Notes: generated from the sequence alone by a model not told the origin. Counted from the first letter of the stretch, positions 17,279 through 27,500 are shown. The stretch: DNA of 54,373 bases from a virus (IMGVR_UViG_3300027869_000008:1-54373); one strand, 5' to 3'. Translations and numbers: made by a program.

Positions 17279-17503
17279 CTACTTCCCAAGCTCCTTCAAT
17301 TCAATCTGCAACCGTGCGAACTCATCCTCCCACCGTGGACTCCCTGGAAATCGAGAGAGCATCGCCTTCGCTAGATTCAATCTACACGTGAGGATCTTTC
17401 TCTTGGAGCGTGACCTTGAGATCCGCTGAAGGTGCTCCCGGAGAGACACCTCCTTCTCCACCTCCGGTTCACCGCTCGTGTTGGCTAGACTCTCCATTTT
17501 CAA
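17279..17503 (-). CDS. Hypothetical protein
   Basis: 74 aa in a tight operon. Confidence 0.6.
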   Translation of the reverse strand: MKMESLANTSGEPEVEKEVSLREHLQRISRSRSKRKILTCRLNLAKAMLSRFPGSPRWEDEFARLQIELKELGK

Positions 17504-17505
17504 GT

Positions 17506-17808
17506 CTAAACGTACTGAGCGAGCTCAGTGAGGCTATCCAGATATGAGAAATCAGCGAACGATCCCTCGTAGCCCTCGGTGTCTGTGATCCAATATATCC
17601 CTACATTTGGAGCAGTCACCGGGGTCCATGGACTATTCGGAGCAGGAGGGAGTCCCATCCCGATACAATAATTCCGCTGGAGCTCCTGCACTAGGGCATC
17701 CAGGTTGAGTCTCGTGGGGAGTCCCCCGAAGAGGGTGATTGTATTCCCCTTATTGAGGAGGGGCTTCTGCTGGAACATAGCCGTCGCTTGAACCACTGTG
17801 GTCGCCAT
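17506..17808 (-). CDS. Hypothetical protein
   Basis: RBS AAGGAG; 100 aa. Confidence 0.7.
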   Translation of the reverse strand: MATTVVQATAMFQQKPLLNKGNTITLFGGLPTRLNLDALVQELQRNYCIGMGLPPAPNSPWTPVTAPNVGIYWITDTEGYEGSFADFSYLDSLTELAQYV

Positions 17809-17826
17809 CTCTTTGATCTCCTTGAG

Positions 17827-17955
17827 TTAATCTACTGAATCTCTCACCTTCACCCCTATCCACGACAGAATCACCAGTCCTTCTATGAGTAGAGATCCTA
17901 TAGCCGCCACGATCCCCAATCCCCATAAAGCGAAGCGGAGGAGCGAGCCAACCAT
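17827..17955 (-). CDS. 42-aa membrane peptide (MVGSLLRFALWGLGIVAAIGSLLIEGLVILSWIGVKVRDSVD), probably leaderless
   Basis: Hand translation; ATG 7 nt after a putative -10. Confidence 0.5.
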   Translation of the reverse strand: MVGSLLRFALWGLGIVAAIGSLLIEGLVILSWIGVKVRDSVD

Positions 17956-17962
17956 GCTAGGT

Positions 17963-18015
17963 ACTTTGCCCCACCTCAGGGAATCCTGTCAAGTCCCACT
18001 CTCTAGGAGTAGGAC
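17963..18015 (-). promoter_or_regulatory. Leftward promoter (TTGACA-N18-CAAAGT) with palindromic operator GTCCTA-N11-TGGGAC
   Basis: Operator abuts the -35, as at four other promoters; heads the leftward operon. Confidence 0.6.
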
Positions 18016-18099
18016 CATTAGTGAGCCTTTCTGAGCAGACACCTCCTCCTTGAGCATGCTATCTAGAGAACATGACCATCTATCTAAGTCTCCTCGTTT

Positions 18100-19360
18100 C
18101 CCTAGTGGGAGTCCTAATGTACGCCCTCTGTGCGAACCCTAAGCTCCAGGAAATAGGCCGCTTATCCTTCTGGGTAGGCCTACTGGCCTTCCTCCTGAGA
18201 GTCGCAGAGCTCCCCAAGGTCGTCGGCGGCTAGAACCTCCCCTCTCGATACGCTCAGGGGACAGCCCCGTCCCACCCCACCTACCATGATTGCTCCTCCT
18301 CGCCACACCTCCCAATATATTCCTACTATAACCAAACACGTTTGGTAGGGAGTTGTAAATTTTTCCTGTAAATGCCTGCTCGCGTCGCTCGCATCTCGGG
18401 TGGGCCCCCTCTCGCTGTGGCGATGGGGCTCGGAAAACGGCGCTACATTTGATTACTGGTTAGTAACGGGACACTGCGTCGTAAAGTGCTTTGTGGGGCA
18501 GAGTGCTTTACAGTGCAGAGTGCTTGACGGCACAGGGATACTCTTCAAAGTAAAGGACTTGACGAGACAGAGAGCATAACCAAACGTGATAGGTCTATCA
18601 CGAGAATTCATGGACTCAGAAGCACTTAGCACTAGACACCCGTATGCTAGTAGTCGTACTATGCTAGAAGCATGAGAACAGAGTCAAGTACGGGAGCGGG
18701 ACGGGATCGCGGACAGCACGCGGTAGCGTCCCTGCCGGTATGCGGTAGGCCAGTCGTCTACGGCGCGCGTAGCGTCATAGCTGGTCATGTCCCCGCTTGC
18801 AATCTCCATTGGCTCATGCTTGGCGTGACGCTGTAAAGTCACGTGTGACAACGACCTGCGTAAGGTCCATCGGTACACGGCGATAGCCACGATCCTCAGT
18901 ACGCTTCTGAGACGGCAAGATAGGTTGCGAGCCTTGAGCACGCCAGCACGTAATGGAGAGAGGATCACACCTGTATAGCTGGGTAGACACAAGCGATAGC
19001 TCATGGTTCCGTCCCTACTCGAAATGAGAGCAAGGGGTGACAACGGCACGGAGAGCAAAAGGCCATGACTACCACGCACATAGCGCCTTGACTCTCAAGA
19101 CAATGAGAGCAAGGCCCGACAGCGGAATAAGGGTATACGGTGATAGAGATAAGGATACGGGACCTAGCCGAACGACAGTGAACGTAATTCTGTACTAGGT
19201 CCTGAGTCCTTTTTTGATTGTCTACACTCCGCTCGGGTGTTCAAGGGATCACACCACACACGCCATACGCAACGCTCACACTATTAGAGCTAACGCAACG
19301 TGGCACACTCTCAAGGGTACGGTCCCTTGTATTCCCGAGCGGACACACTACACACAAAGG
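18100..19360. other. Divergent non-coding control region; candidate physical genome ends / packaging signal
   Basis: About 1.3 kb with no convincing ORF between the divergent arms; short repeats (AGTGCTT x3, CTTGACG x2, AATGAGAGCAAGG x2) and an 18-bp palindrome at 18585-18602. Confidence 0.5.
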
Positions 19361-19370
19361 AGCACTAGCA

Positions 19371-19829
19371 ATGAGCACGAACAAAGTGAAGGAAACGAAA
19401 AAGAATGGCAATCGCACGCTGACGCAGTATGACGCGATTGCGTACATCCAAGGCGATGAGAACGAACGCGATATGCAGTATGATTTCGCGGGAGTCTCCA
19501 CTATGCCGATGGCCGAGCTGATCGGCGTGGAGGCGGCGGACGCCTTGAAGGCCCAATTCTTCAATTGGCTGCTGATCGCGCCGGAGAAAAAGCGCGCGAC
19601 GGTCAAGGGTTCCAGCTATGCGGGTTTTCTCCGCTACCTGCTGGACCTGGCGCAGCGGAACACCGACAGCTACCTCAAGGCGAACAAGATCGCCGCTTTC
19701 GGTCAGTACACCCTCGATCACCCGATGACGCCGACCGAACGTGTCGAGATTGCTCGCGTTTTCGGTTGTGAGGCCGTGGTGCCCACGGCGGAATTGAACC
19801 CGGCGACCATGACCGTGGAAACGAAGTAG
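19371..19829 (+). CDS. First early gene, hypothetical
   Basis: RBS AAAGGAG before ATG 19371 (MSTNKVKE); strongly C/G-ending codons. Confidence 0.8.
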   Translation: MSTNKVKETKKNGNRTLTQYDAIAYIQGDENERDMQYDFAGVSTMPMAELIGVEAADALKAQFFNWLLIAPEKKRATVKGSSYAGFLRYLLDLAQRNTDSYLKANKIAAFGQYTLDHPMTPTERVEIARVFGCEAVVPTAELNPATMTVETK

Positions 19830-19845
19830 TTCACGGCACAACACC

Positions 19846-20328
19846 GTGACAATCCACGGCAAGCGGAGTATTCTCTCACGGGACTCTCTCAGTAAGATGA
19901 AAGGGAGTCCCGTCCCTTTTCCCTACGCTATTACACGTAGGATGGTTTTACAGGATAGGACTGGGGTACAGAAAGATACGCCTAAGTCCTTCCACTTCCC
20001 CATCGCGTGCGAGCATGGGAGGGAGGTACAGTGGACACAGGGGGGTTTACTTGTATGTGGATGTCCCCTGGAACCGTGCCGTTCTCTCTACACGCAGGGG
20101 AAGGTCATCCGGCCCCGTCCACTCAAACGTGGGACCGTGCATAAGGAACAATTGAGAAAATTTCTGGCCGATGTCCTGAGGCAGAGGATTGAAGCCAAAA
20201 AGATCGCGGCACGGCCCCCCGTGAATAGCGGCGGAAAGAAACGTGCCACGGTGACCATACGGGAGGTGCGTAGCTGTGGGGCTACGTTGCCTCCGGTGTG
20301 GGAGAGGTCAGTGAAGTATGGGAAGTAG
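19846..20328 (+). CDS. Basic hypothetical protein (start uncertain)
   Basis: 160-aa ORF; its 5' part overlaps the terminator, so the true start is probably downstream. Confidence 0.4.
   Translation: MTIHGKRSILSRDSLSKMKGSPVPFPYAITRRMVLQDRTGVQKDTPKSFHFPIACEHGREVQWTQGGLLVCGCPLEPCRSLYTQGKVIRPRPLKRGTVHKEQLRKFLADVLRQRIEAKKIAARPPVNSGGKKRATVTIREVRSCGATLPPVWERSVKYGK
19878..19920 (+). terminator. Putative intrinsic terminator
   Basis: acgggactctct/agggagtcccgt 12-bp stem followed by ccctttt. Confidence 0.55.
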
Positions 20329-20356
20329 TACAAAGTCTACAGGGAGGGGAGGTGAG

Positions 20357-20569
20357 ATGATAATGAAAAAGAAAACTGTGCGGAAGTCTGTCAGTAAGAA
20401 AAAGGCCGTGAAAGCCAGCAAGCCCAAGGGGGCGGCTGTGTCCAGTAAGGCGCTGGCGGCGTTGGATGCGTTGGATCATTGGTACACGGGATACGCGGGT
20501 TCAGACCGTAGCCGTCTGCTGACGGAGCGCGTGAGGCCGTATATCGAGGAACAGCGCGGCGGGAAGTAG
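20357..20569 (+). CDS. Small protein with Lys-rich, H1-like N-terminus
   Basis: RBS GGAGGTG; MIMKKKTVRKSVSKKKAVKASKPK. Confidence 0.7.
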   Translation: MIMKKKTVRKSVSKKKAVKASKPKGAAVSSKALAALDALDHWYTGYAGSDRSRLLTERVRPYIEEQRGGK

Positions 20570-21002
20570 TCCGGCGACGAGAACTGGGGAGAGACTCTGG
20601 GGGAGGTTATTTTGGAGGTTTATTCTGATCCCCTCCCCCGCTTTTTAGCATTCACAAGTAATCATAAAATCCCACAGCCCATGTGAGTATCCCGTGGATC
20701 TGTGGTGATCGTCCAGACTACCCCCTGGACGTTTTCCCCTTGCCGTAACTTGGTGGGGGAATGGCGTGGGCTGGCCCCATCCCCAGCTGGCCCACTTGCC
20801 TATCCATTACATAGGGGGATAGAGGAAGGTAGGATGAATCCTCAGGAAGATGACGGAGTAATGGTCCAAGCGTTCGAGGATGTACCGTGGGACTTGGATG
20901 TTGTCAGTCTGCATGACGAAGTGAAGTAATCTCACCTAAACCCCGTAGGCAATCAAAAAAGGATTCACAATCCACTCTACGATTTTACAAGGGGGTTTCA
21001 CA

Positions 21003-21176
21003 ATGAAAACACCACAGGGGATCATTCTCGATTCGTTCCACGGGGATAGTTATGGAGATTGTATTCTCACACGAGCGTGTATGCATCTGGATGCTCTGGA
21101 AGCTGGGGAGAAATTACAGGGAGCATCGAGTGTGGGGGAGTGGGAGTTTTTTATGCAGGAGTCTTTGGGGGAGTAG
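21003..21176 (+). CDS. 57-aa hypothetical protein (MKTPQGIILDSF...)
   Basis: Hand translation; RBS AAGGGGG. Confidence 0.5.
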   Translation: MKTPQGIILDSFHGDSYGDCILTRACMHLDALEAGEKLQGASSVGEWEFFMQESLGE

Positions 21177-21208
21177 TTGTGGGAATTTCAACGAGGGAGG
21201 TATTGGAT

Positions 21209-21331
21209 ATGAAAGAAGAACTGAAGAAAGTCGCCCAGCAGTATGACGATGGGGCTATCACGAAGGAGCAATTCGCGGATGCTGTTCTTATGATTCTGGC
21301 GGAGCATCGGGTGATCGGGCTGGCGGAGTAG
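21209..21331 (+). CDS. 40-aa SHOCT-like peptide (MKEELKKVAQQYDDGAITKEQF...)
   Basis: RBS GGAGGT; Y.DG.IT.EQF motif. Confidence 0.65.
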   Translation: MKEELKKVAQQYDDGAITKEQFADAVLMILAEHRVIGLAE

Positions 21332-21362
21332 AGGATACAGGTTTATCTAAAGGGGGAGCGGG

Positions 21363-21611
21363 ATGAAGATTGTACATGTTTTCTCTGTGAGGTCACTGAG
21401 GGATCTGAAGGGGCTGAAGGTTCCTCCTGGGGTGAGGGTGTTTATTCACAAGAATGAACATGCGCTCCATTTGGCACTGGAGGCTGGGGTGGTGCTGGCC
21501 ATGCATGAGGGAGTGGAACTGGCGAAGGGCCTGGGGGAGGTTTTGATTGGGGCTGCGCTGGGACATTTTCTTGTGATTATCGCGGGGAGTTTGGGGAGTA
21601 TGGAAGACTAG
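21363..21611 (+). CDS. Hypothetical membrane protein
   Basis: RBS GGAG; hydrophobic C-terminal half. Confidence 0.65.
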   Translation: MKIVHVFSVRSLRDLKGLKVPPGVRVFIHKNEHALHLALEAGVVLAMHEGVELAKGLGEVLIGAALGHFLVIIAGSLGSMED

Positions 21612-21628
21612 ACTCTGGGGAGGGTTAT

Positions 21629-21778
21629 ATGACTAAGAAGGATAAGACATCTGAGGTGATCGTGGCGGTTTGTGTGCTGTTGGTCCCTGTGATTTATGTA
21701 GGGGGGTGGGAGGTTTCTACGGTGATTTTCCTACTAGCGGGGGCCCGAATCGCTGTACTGAGGATGAATGGAGAGTAG
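21629..21778 (+). CDS. 49-aa membrane peptide (MTKKDKTSEVIVAVCVLLVPVIYV...)
   Basis: Hand translation; RBS GGAGG. Confidence 0.55.
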   Translation: MTKKDKTSEVIVAVCVLLVPVIYVGGWEVSTVIFLLAGARIAVLRMNGE

Positions 21779-22032
21779 CCGTGGGCTAACCCCTCGGCAT
21801 CCCCCGTTGACATCATCGAACACTGGAGGTTCTATGAATCTAGGGTACTCTAAGAAGACTATCCCTATTGGTTCTAGTAGTATACAGGGATTTACTCTGT
21901 ACTCTCAGAGAGGGAAGAGAGAGTATATGTATGCTCATACGGATGCTCTCCGGCAAGCATTCATCAAGACTCTCGATCCTTTTCAGGGGGCCCTACCTTG
22001 TTTCATGGGTGATAGGGGTACCCAACTTGTAC

Positions 22033-22085
22033 TCCCTATACTCCAGGGCTAGGGCTTGACAGGGAGGGGGAGGGGGAGCTAGCAT
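22033..22085 (+). promoter_or_regulatory. Promoter TTGACA-N18-TAGCAT with operator TCCCTA-N11-TAGGGC
   Basis: Consensus -35 abutted by the palindrome. Confidence 0.6.
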
Positions 22086-22149
22086 GGTTGGTCAGCTTGC
22101 CCTGAGTGGAATTTTCGGGAGGTTTCATATTTGGTGGAGGTCAAGAAAG

Positions 22150-22362
22150 ATGACTGAACCTGTACAGTATGATGCTGTAGCTGCGGCACGGGCTTGGGTG
22201 GAGATGGCGACTGATCCCAGGACTCAGACTATGCGGAGGGAGAAGTTGAGGATTCTTGTGGAGTCTGGGAGGGTCACGCAGGAGGATGTGGAGGGGATTG
22301 TCTCTAGGCTTGATGGGGTGCCCCGTCGTAGGAGGGCGAAGCTCGATGGGATGACCCTGTAG
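22150..22362 (+). CDS. Hypothetical protein
   Basis: RBS GGAGGT before MTEPVQY. Confidence 0.7.
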   Translation: MTEPVQYDAVAAARAWVEMATDPRTQTMRREKLRILVESGRVTQEDVEGIVSRLDGVPRRRRAKLDGMTL

Positions 22363-22378
22363 ACATGGGGAGGTCGAT

Positions 22379-22540
22379 ATGCCTGTGCATATTGTGAATC
22401 TGGGGGATGGAGTTGTGAAGGAGGGGGAGGTGGTGGATATTACTACCTCGATTCCATTTCCAGATAATCCGATATTGGGGATGGTGGACTTAACCTTGGT
22501 TGATATCCCGGAGGGGATTTATGCGATTGAGTTTTTGTAG
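22379..22540 (+). CDS. 53-aa hypothetical protein (MPVHIVNLGDG...)
   Basis: Hand translation; RBS GGAGGT. Confidence 0.65.
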   Translation: MPVHIVNLGDGVVKEGEVVDITTSIPFPDNPILGMVDLTLVDIPEGIYAIEFL

Positions 22541-22723
22541 TCTGGATGAGTTCCTGGAGCGGGAGGAGGGGATCATGTATTCGTAGACTCTCTGTGAGGA
22601 ATGATATATCTTCGGATGCTGAGGTGATTCTAGTCAGTGCTATGAATCATCTACTGGGAGAACCTCAGGGTCTAGGGGGATCGATGGTGGAGAGGTATTT
22701 TAGGATTCAGGAGGAGGTTTCAC

Positions 22724-22903
22724 ATGATACCGATAAATGATCTTGGCTGTGGATGGGTCCTCGCGATTGCTATTGGAGTGTGGGGATTCGTGAGGTTCGC
22801 TGAGCTTGTTTTTCTGCACTCTCAAAAGATGCAGGAGTTGAAGGACCGGAGGGATGTGGCTTTGGTGGAAGCGCAGTATAAATCCAAGGAGGGGGTGAAG
22901 TAA
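22724..22903 (+). CDS. 59-aa membrane-anchored peptide (MIPINDLGCGWVLAIAIGVWGFV...)
   Basis: Hand translation; RBS GGAGGAGG. Confidence 0.65.
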   Translation: MIPINDLGCGWVLAIAIGVWGFVRFAELVFLHSQKMQELKDRRDVALVEAQYKSKEGVK

Positions 22904-22904
22904 A

Positions 22905-23066
22905 ATGGCGCAAGTGTACCTGAACAAAGCGACTGGGAAGGCAAGGTCGAGGCGTTATGGGGGGAGATTCGCCTCTCCGGACTCGAAGTGGAAAACGGGG
23001 CATCGCAAGAATCCTGCCCGGAAGCGTCGTATGAAGAAGACGCGGCTTCAGACGATTATCAAGTAG
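22905..23066 (+). CDS. 53-aa highly basic peptide (MAQVYLNKATGKARSRRYGGR...RKRRMKKTRLQTIIK)
   Basis: Hand translation; starts 1 nt after the previous stop. Confidence 0.6.
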   Translation: MAQVYLNKATGKARSRRYGGRFASPDSKWKTGHRKNPARKRRMKKTRLQTIIK

Positions 23067-23089
23067 TATTCCAACAAAGGAGAAAAGAA

Positions 23090-23524
23090 ATGAATCTCAG
23101 ACAGACTGACGAGAAGGCTGTGATGTTGGCCATTCTGCGGGGGACTGTGGAGGATGGGGAGCACTCATTGATGCGGTATCTCCCGGAGGGTAATCCCGAT
23201 AAGGGGAAGGGTGGGGAGGTTCGTTCGCTCCTCTATGGGGTGGTGGCGAATTCGGCACCACACCCCCTGGCAGTCCCAGCGATGCTAGCGATGGTGGAGA
23301 TGGGGATTTACGTAGGGAGCCAGCTTCAGAAGATCCAGGACTCTGGGGTGGAGGTGGATGTGGAGGCTCTGAAACAGGAGGTCTTGAAGGATGGGGGATT
23401 GAAGGAGAAGTTGATGAAGATTATGAGTTCTGCTCCCCCTTCCACTCCTGGGGAGGGGGCTCCTGAGGGTACCACGGAGAATCCAATGAAGGATTTTCTG
23501 GGGGGATTCGGGAAGGGAGCTTAG
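23090..23524 (+). CDS. Hypothetical protein
   Basis: RBS AAAGGAG before MNLRQTD. Confidence 0.75.
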   Translation: MNLRQTDEKAVMLAILRGTVEDGEHSLMRYLPEGNPDKGKGGEVRSLLYGVVANSAPHPLAVPAMLAMVEMGIYVGSQLQKIQDSGVEVDVEALKQEVLKDGGLKEKLMKIMSSAPPSTPGEGAPEGTTENPMKDFLGGFGKGA

Positions 23525-23526
23525 GG

Positions 23527-23793
23527 ATGGCTTTACATAAAACTGAGTCTCAAGCCCCACCAACTTACATGATCGCAAGTGTTACTAACAACCTAGGCTA
23601 TGGTCCTGATGATACTGAATTTGACCGTTGTAAGTCAATTACGCTCAAGGGAGCCTTGAGGGAGTTCAAGGACGTTCAGAAGCAGTTTAAGAAGGACCAC
23701 GAGAGGAAGACGCGGGTGTTGTTGCTCAAGATTGTGGAGAATGTTGTGGTGGGAGGGGATGATCCATTGGGGAGGCGTTATGCAGAAAGATAA
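23527..23793 (+). CDS. Hypothetical protein
   Basis: 88 aa in a tight operon. Confidence 0.7.
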   Translation: MALHKTESQAPPTYMIASVTNNLGYGPDDTEFDRCKSITLKGALREFKDVQKQFKKDHERKTRVLLLKIVENVVVGGDDPLGRRYAER

Positions 23794-24109
23794 ACTCGAC
23801 ACAGAACTACTCACTACGATCTTCAGCGATCAGTGGGATCGTTTCATCAAGAATCCACAAGGGGATGTGCTTCTGCATAAACTCGGGGGATGTAAGGAGT
23901 TCCACGAATTGTCGCATCAGATACTTGAGAAGCTGCATAAGGAGGGGGCGGATGGATGCCAAATCAGTCTACTCCTCATGGCTATCGGGGTGAGGTGTGG
24001 GTTGGAGTATAGGGAGTTTCAGAGGGGGGCCCTGGAACTGGAGGGGATGTTTAAGTGCTCTCCGGATGCATCTAAACTACTGGGGGAGGTGGAGAATGCG
24101 GAGGGCTAG
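23780..24109 (+). CDS. Hypothetical protein
   Basis: RBS GGAGG before MQKDKLD. Confidence 0.7.
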   Translation: MQKDKLDTELLTTIFSDQWDRFIKNPQGDVLLHKLGGCKEFHELSHQILEKLHKEGADGCQISLLLMAIGVRCGLEYREFQRGALELEGMFKCSPDASKLLGEVENAEG

Positions 24110-24335
24110 GTCGTGGATGCAAATTTTCACGTTCGGGATTATCGTGTTCCAAACCTTTATTATCCTACCACTCCTACGCCAGTACACTGAGGCTTGATAC
24201 GAGGAGCAAGTAGCTCTGAGGAAGATGTGTGAGGTGAAGCTCAAGGATGCCCAGCGAATACAGGGGGATCTGAGGGTGTGGATTGAGGAGGAGAGTAGGC
24301 TACATAAGCGTTTCGTTTGTACAGAAGTAAAGTAA
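24096..24335 (+). pseudogene. Membrane-anchor + coiled-coil ORF interrupted by an in-frame TGA at 24195
   Basis: RBS GGAGGT. The frame continues 45 codons past the TGA (YEEQVALRKMCEVKL...) to TAA, filling the gap before the next RBS. Confidence 0.5.
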
Positions 24336-24349
24336 GAAGGGGAGAGTCT

Positions 24350-24571
24350 ATGGCTACAACTACGTTTACTGGGATCGTGTGGGAGCACGTACCCGCGGAC
24401 CAAAACGGGGGAGGTCCGGAGGATTTACTGATCGTATCTCTTTGTAATTGGGATGATATTCATATTCCAATTCCTAAAGGGAGACTTGAGGATTTTCCGA
24501 TTGATTCTCACGTGAAGATAACTGTGGAGGTTTGCACTGATATGGAAGGGGGGAGGTGTCAACGTGGGTAA
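24350..24571 (+). CDS. Hypothetical protein
   Basis: RBS GGAG before MATTTFTG. Confidence 0.65.
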   Translation: MATTTFTGIVWEHVPADQNGGGPEDLLIVSLCNWDDIHIPIPKGRLEDFPIDSHVKITVEVCTDMEGGRCQRG

Positions 24572-27500
24572 ACAGGATGGGAAGGTCGTAGGGGGGATTG
24601 AGGTGGGGAAGCAGTATGAGGGGGTCAAAGTAGTCTGGGCGGATGAGTCGGGGAGTATTTCATACCCTCCCCACCCAGAAGTTACTCATGGGAACTTATA
24701 TTGGTGTATATACCCAAGTGGGAAGAAAAGGATGTCACGTTGGGGATCGGGGTTTGCCACTGTGAAGGATTTGATGGGGGTGGAGGATTATGGGAATCCG
24801 AACCCATTTAAGGTTCCGTGGCCCTGGGCTGAGCTACATCCGGGGGAGGTTGACCCTTCGTTGGATTATCCTACCGAGTTTGCTATGCCCGCGTATACAA
24901 CGAAATCCAATCACACCATCGGCCCTGCGTATGTGGATGGAGTGCTCACTCCTGAGACCCAAACTCTAATGGTGAAGTGGAAGACGGGAGATCCGTATGA
25001 GGCTTGGAATAAACAATTTGATGAGTGGGAGGGGGGGTCTGTGACTACGACGAGTATGCCTAACACTACTAGCGGGGGGAAGCTTCATCCTGTTATCCCT
25101 GTGGGACCCGTGAGTCCATTCTATAATCCTAAGATTAAAGTATACGTGGGGGAGACGGATACTGAGACTGGAGTGAGGGTGGTGTGGATTGATCCTCCGG
25201 AGGTTGTGTCTCCTAAGTTGAAGGGATGCAAGGAGTGTTATGGACTGTGGTGTGTGTTCCCGGATGGGAGTAAGGGATTACAGACTACTAGTGAGGGGGA
25301 TTATAAGGATTGTTTAAATTGGCACCATAACAACTATGACAAGGGATGGCCCTGGAAACAATGGCATCCTGGGATTCCTGATCCTTCTTCTGTCTATGTA
25401 ATTCCACAAACGGGGAAGCCTACGGAGGCTCAGGTGGGGATGAAGGGGGTGTCAGAGGGGGAGGAGTTTTGGGTGGTGGGGATGGGGCCTGAGGCACATT
25501 ATTCGTGTGTTGGTTGGCTGAGTGATGGAGTGAATGCAACTATGGTGATTGGGGAGGATTTAGTAATTTATGGGAAGTACTTTAAGTCTCATGTTTCTGT
25601 GAATGATTTATGGAATGTTGGATATGACAAGATCCCCCCGAATCACTCAGAGATCGTAGCAGAGTTCAAGGGGCAGGAAAAGTGGAAGAATCCGCTTGGC
25701 GCAGGGGGGAGTGGAGAGCCTATGAAGACTGTGAAGGAGTTGGCTACGACTACACATAAGGCCATGGCGAAGACTAAGCCTACTATAGCTACTACTCTAC
25801 AGTGTATCAAGGCTATTAAGGAGTATTGTAAGGTTACACCTCCGAAGTATAGGAGTAATGCTGCCTGTTATACCTGGATTCTTGAGAATTACAAGATCAA
25901 GGCTTTCCCGGAGACTCATAAGTGGAGTCACCAGAAGACGGAGAAGTGTATTGAGGAGAATCTGCATAAGATATCAATAGATATCATTGCGGAGGTTCCA
26001 GAGGTATCATTGGGGACTGTAATGGCTGAATATAAGCCAACGTGGACTCCCCCTGTTATCACTCAGCTGAAACAGGCTAAGCCAATCCCTCCAACGTATG
26101 TTCCTAAGACTCAGAAGGAGCAGGGGTATATTGAGCTTGAAAAGGGGATGTACAAGAACTATGTACTGAAATATACGATGGAGCCATTCTATCAAGGGAT
26201 GGGGGAGATCTTCGCGAGGCCGTGTCCGGTGAGACCGAGACATGGATTTGTGGATTCGAGGGTGGTGCATACGATTGAGGAGTATGAGTCTCTCCGGGAG
26301 GAGGTGAGGAAGGCTGACCCCGAGGGGGAGATCATGCTGGTTCCGACGATCAAGGAACCGAAGTGCTCTGCGGTGTATACTCCGGGGAGGATTGAGGTGG
26401 GTGGGGGAAATGATGGGGCTACGGCGGGGAAGGGGGAGGTTGTTTCGTTTAGTATATCTCCGGAGAGGCTACAGGGGGTGAATTATAATAATGGGGGGAT
26501 TAAGGACACGCCGTACTTTGAGATTGTGTATCAAGGGAAGAGTGGGGATATTGATAATCCTACGAAGACTTGGATTACTCAGTTGAGGGATGGTCCTGAG
26601 CTGCCGAAGGGGAGTGAAGATTTTGTTCCTCCTGGGGATGGATTTGTGGTGAAGGAGATTGTGAAGGTGGAGCACCCGGAGGATTATTCACTACTGGAGT
26701 GGGAGGAGAGGGTGAAGGGGTTCCCTGAGGGGACTGTGGTGTGGTTCCCTAAGGGGAATTTAAGTAGTCATATTGTGATCCATGCTGTGGTGAAGGGGGT
26801 GCCGGTATTGACGACGAGGGAGCCGGTTATTGGGGAGAAACTCGTGGCGACTGTGGAGAAGGGGGAGGGGACCGTTAAGTGGAGAAGGGGGCAGGTAGAG
26901 GAAGGGTATGCGGCGGGGATGTTAATAAGGATGCCTGCACAACAAATGATGTGGTGTGTGATGGCGGGTTTACATAATGGGGTGTGGCTGTTCAGGGGGA
27001 GACCTTTTATGTTGGGTCTCACGGCGGCGCTGGGGGTGAGGCTGGCGGGGGCTTTGGGGCAGGGGGAGTTGAGATATTACACTAAGGCTGATACAGGATC
27101 GAAGCTCTGGAACACAGGGAAGTCTAGAGGGACTGTTTACCATGAGGTACTACAGGATTATAAATGGTCTCTAGAGTGTCTACGGTGGGCTCCCCTGCTT
27201 TATCATGCGAAGGGGCATTGGTCAGGGTCATTTGGGGGCCCGAAGTGGGGGAGTTCGATGGATGCAGCTGTGGCGGTGAATGATTCTGTGACCTCTGGGG
27301 AGACGGAGGAGATGGTTATTGAGAAGTTGAATATTTTAGTAAACTCCTGCCACAACGGGGGGAAGTTATTTACGAAGGTGGGCCGCCCGAATCAGATATC
27401 TAATAACATCGAGCTCGGGGCTGTGCTCGTGGCGCATTACTGGTGGGAGGCGCTGGGGATGGCGAGGGAGAGGGGGGAGGAGATTGCTCTTGTCAGGGGG

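Noticed and set aside
18684-19079. 131-aa ORF in the divergent control region
   Set aside because: No RBS, atypical composition, no motifs.
22546-22740. Another extra-T frameshift (strong RBS then ATG-T-ATT-CGT-AGA)
   Set aside because: Removing one T would give a well-placed MIRRLSV start, but there is no homology or read support and an upstream in-frame ATG exists.
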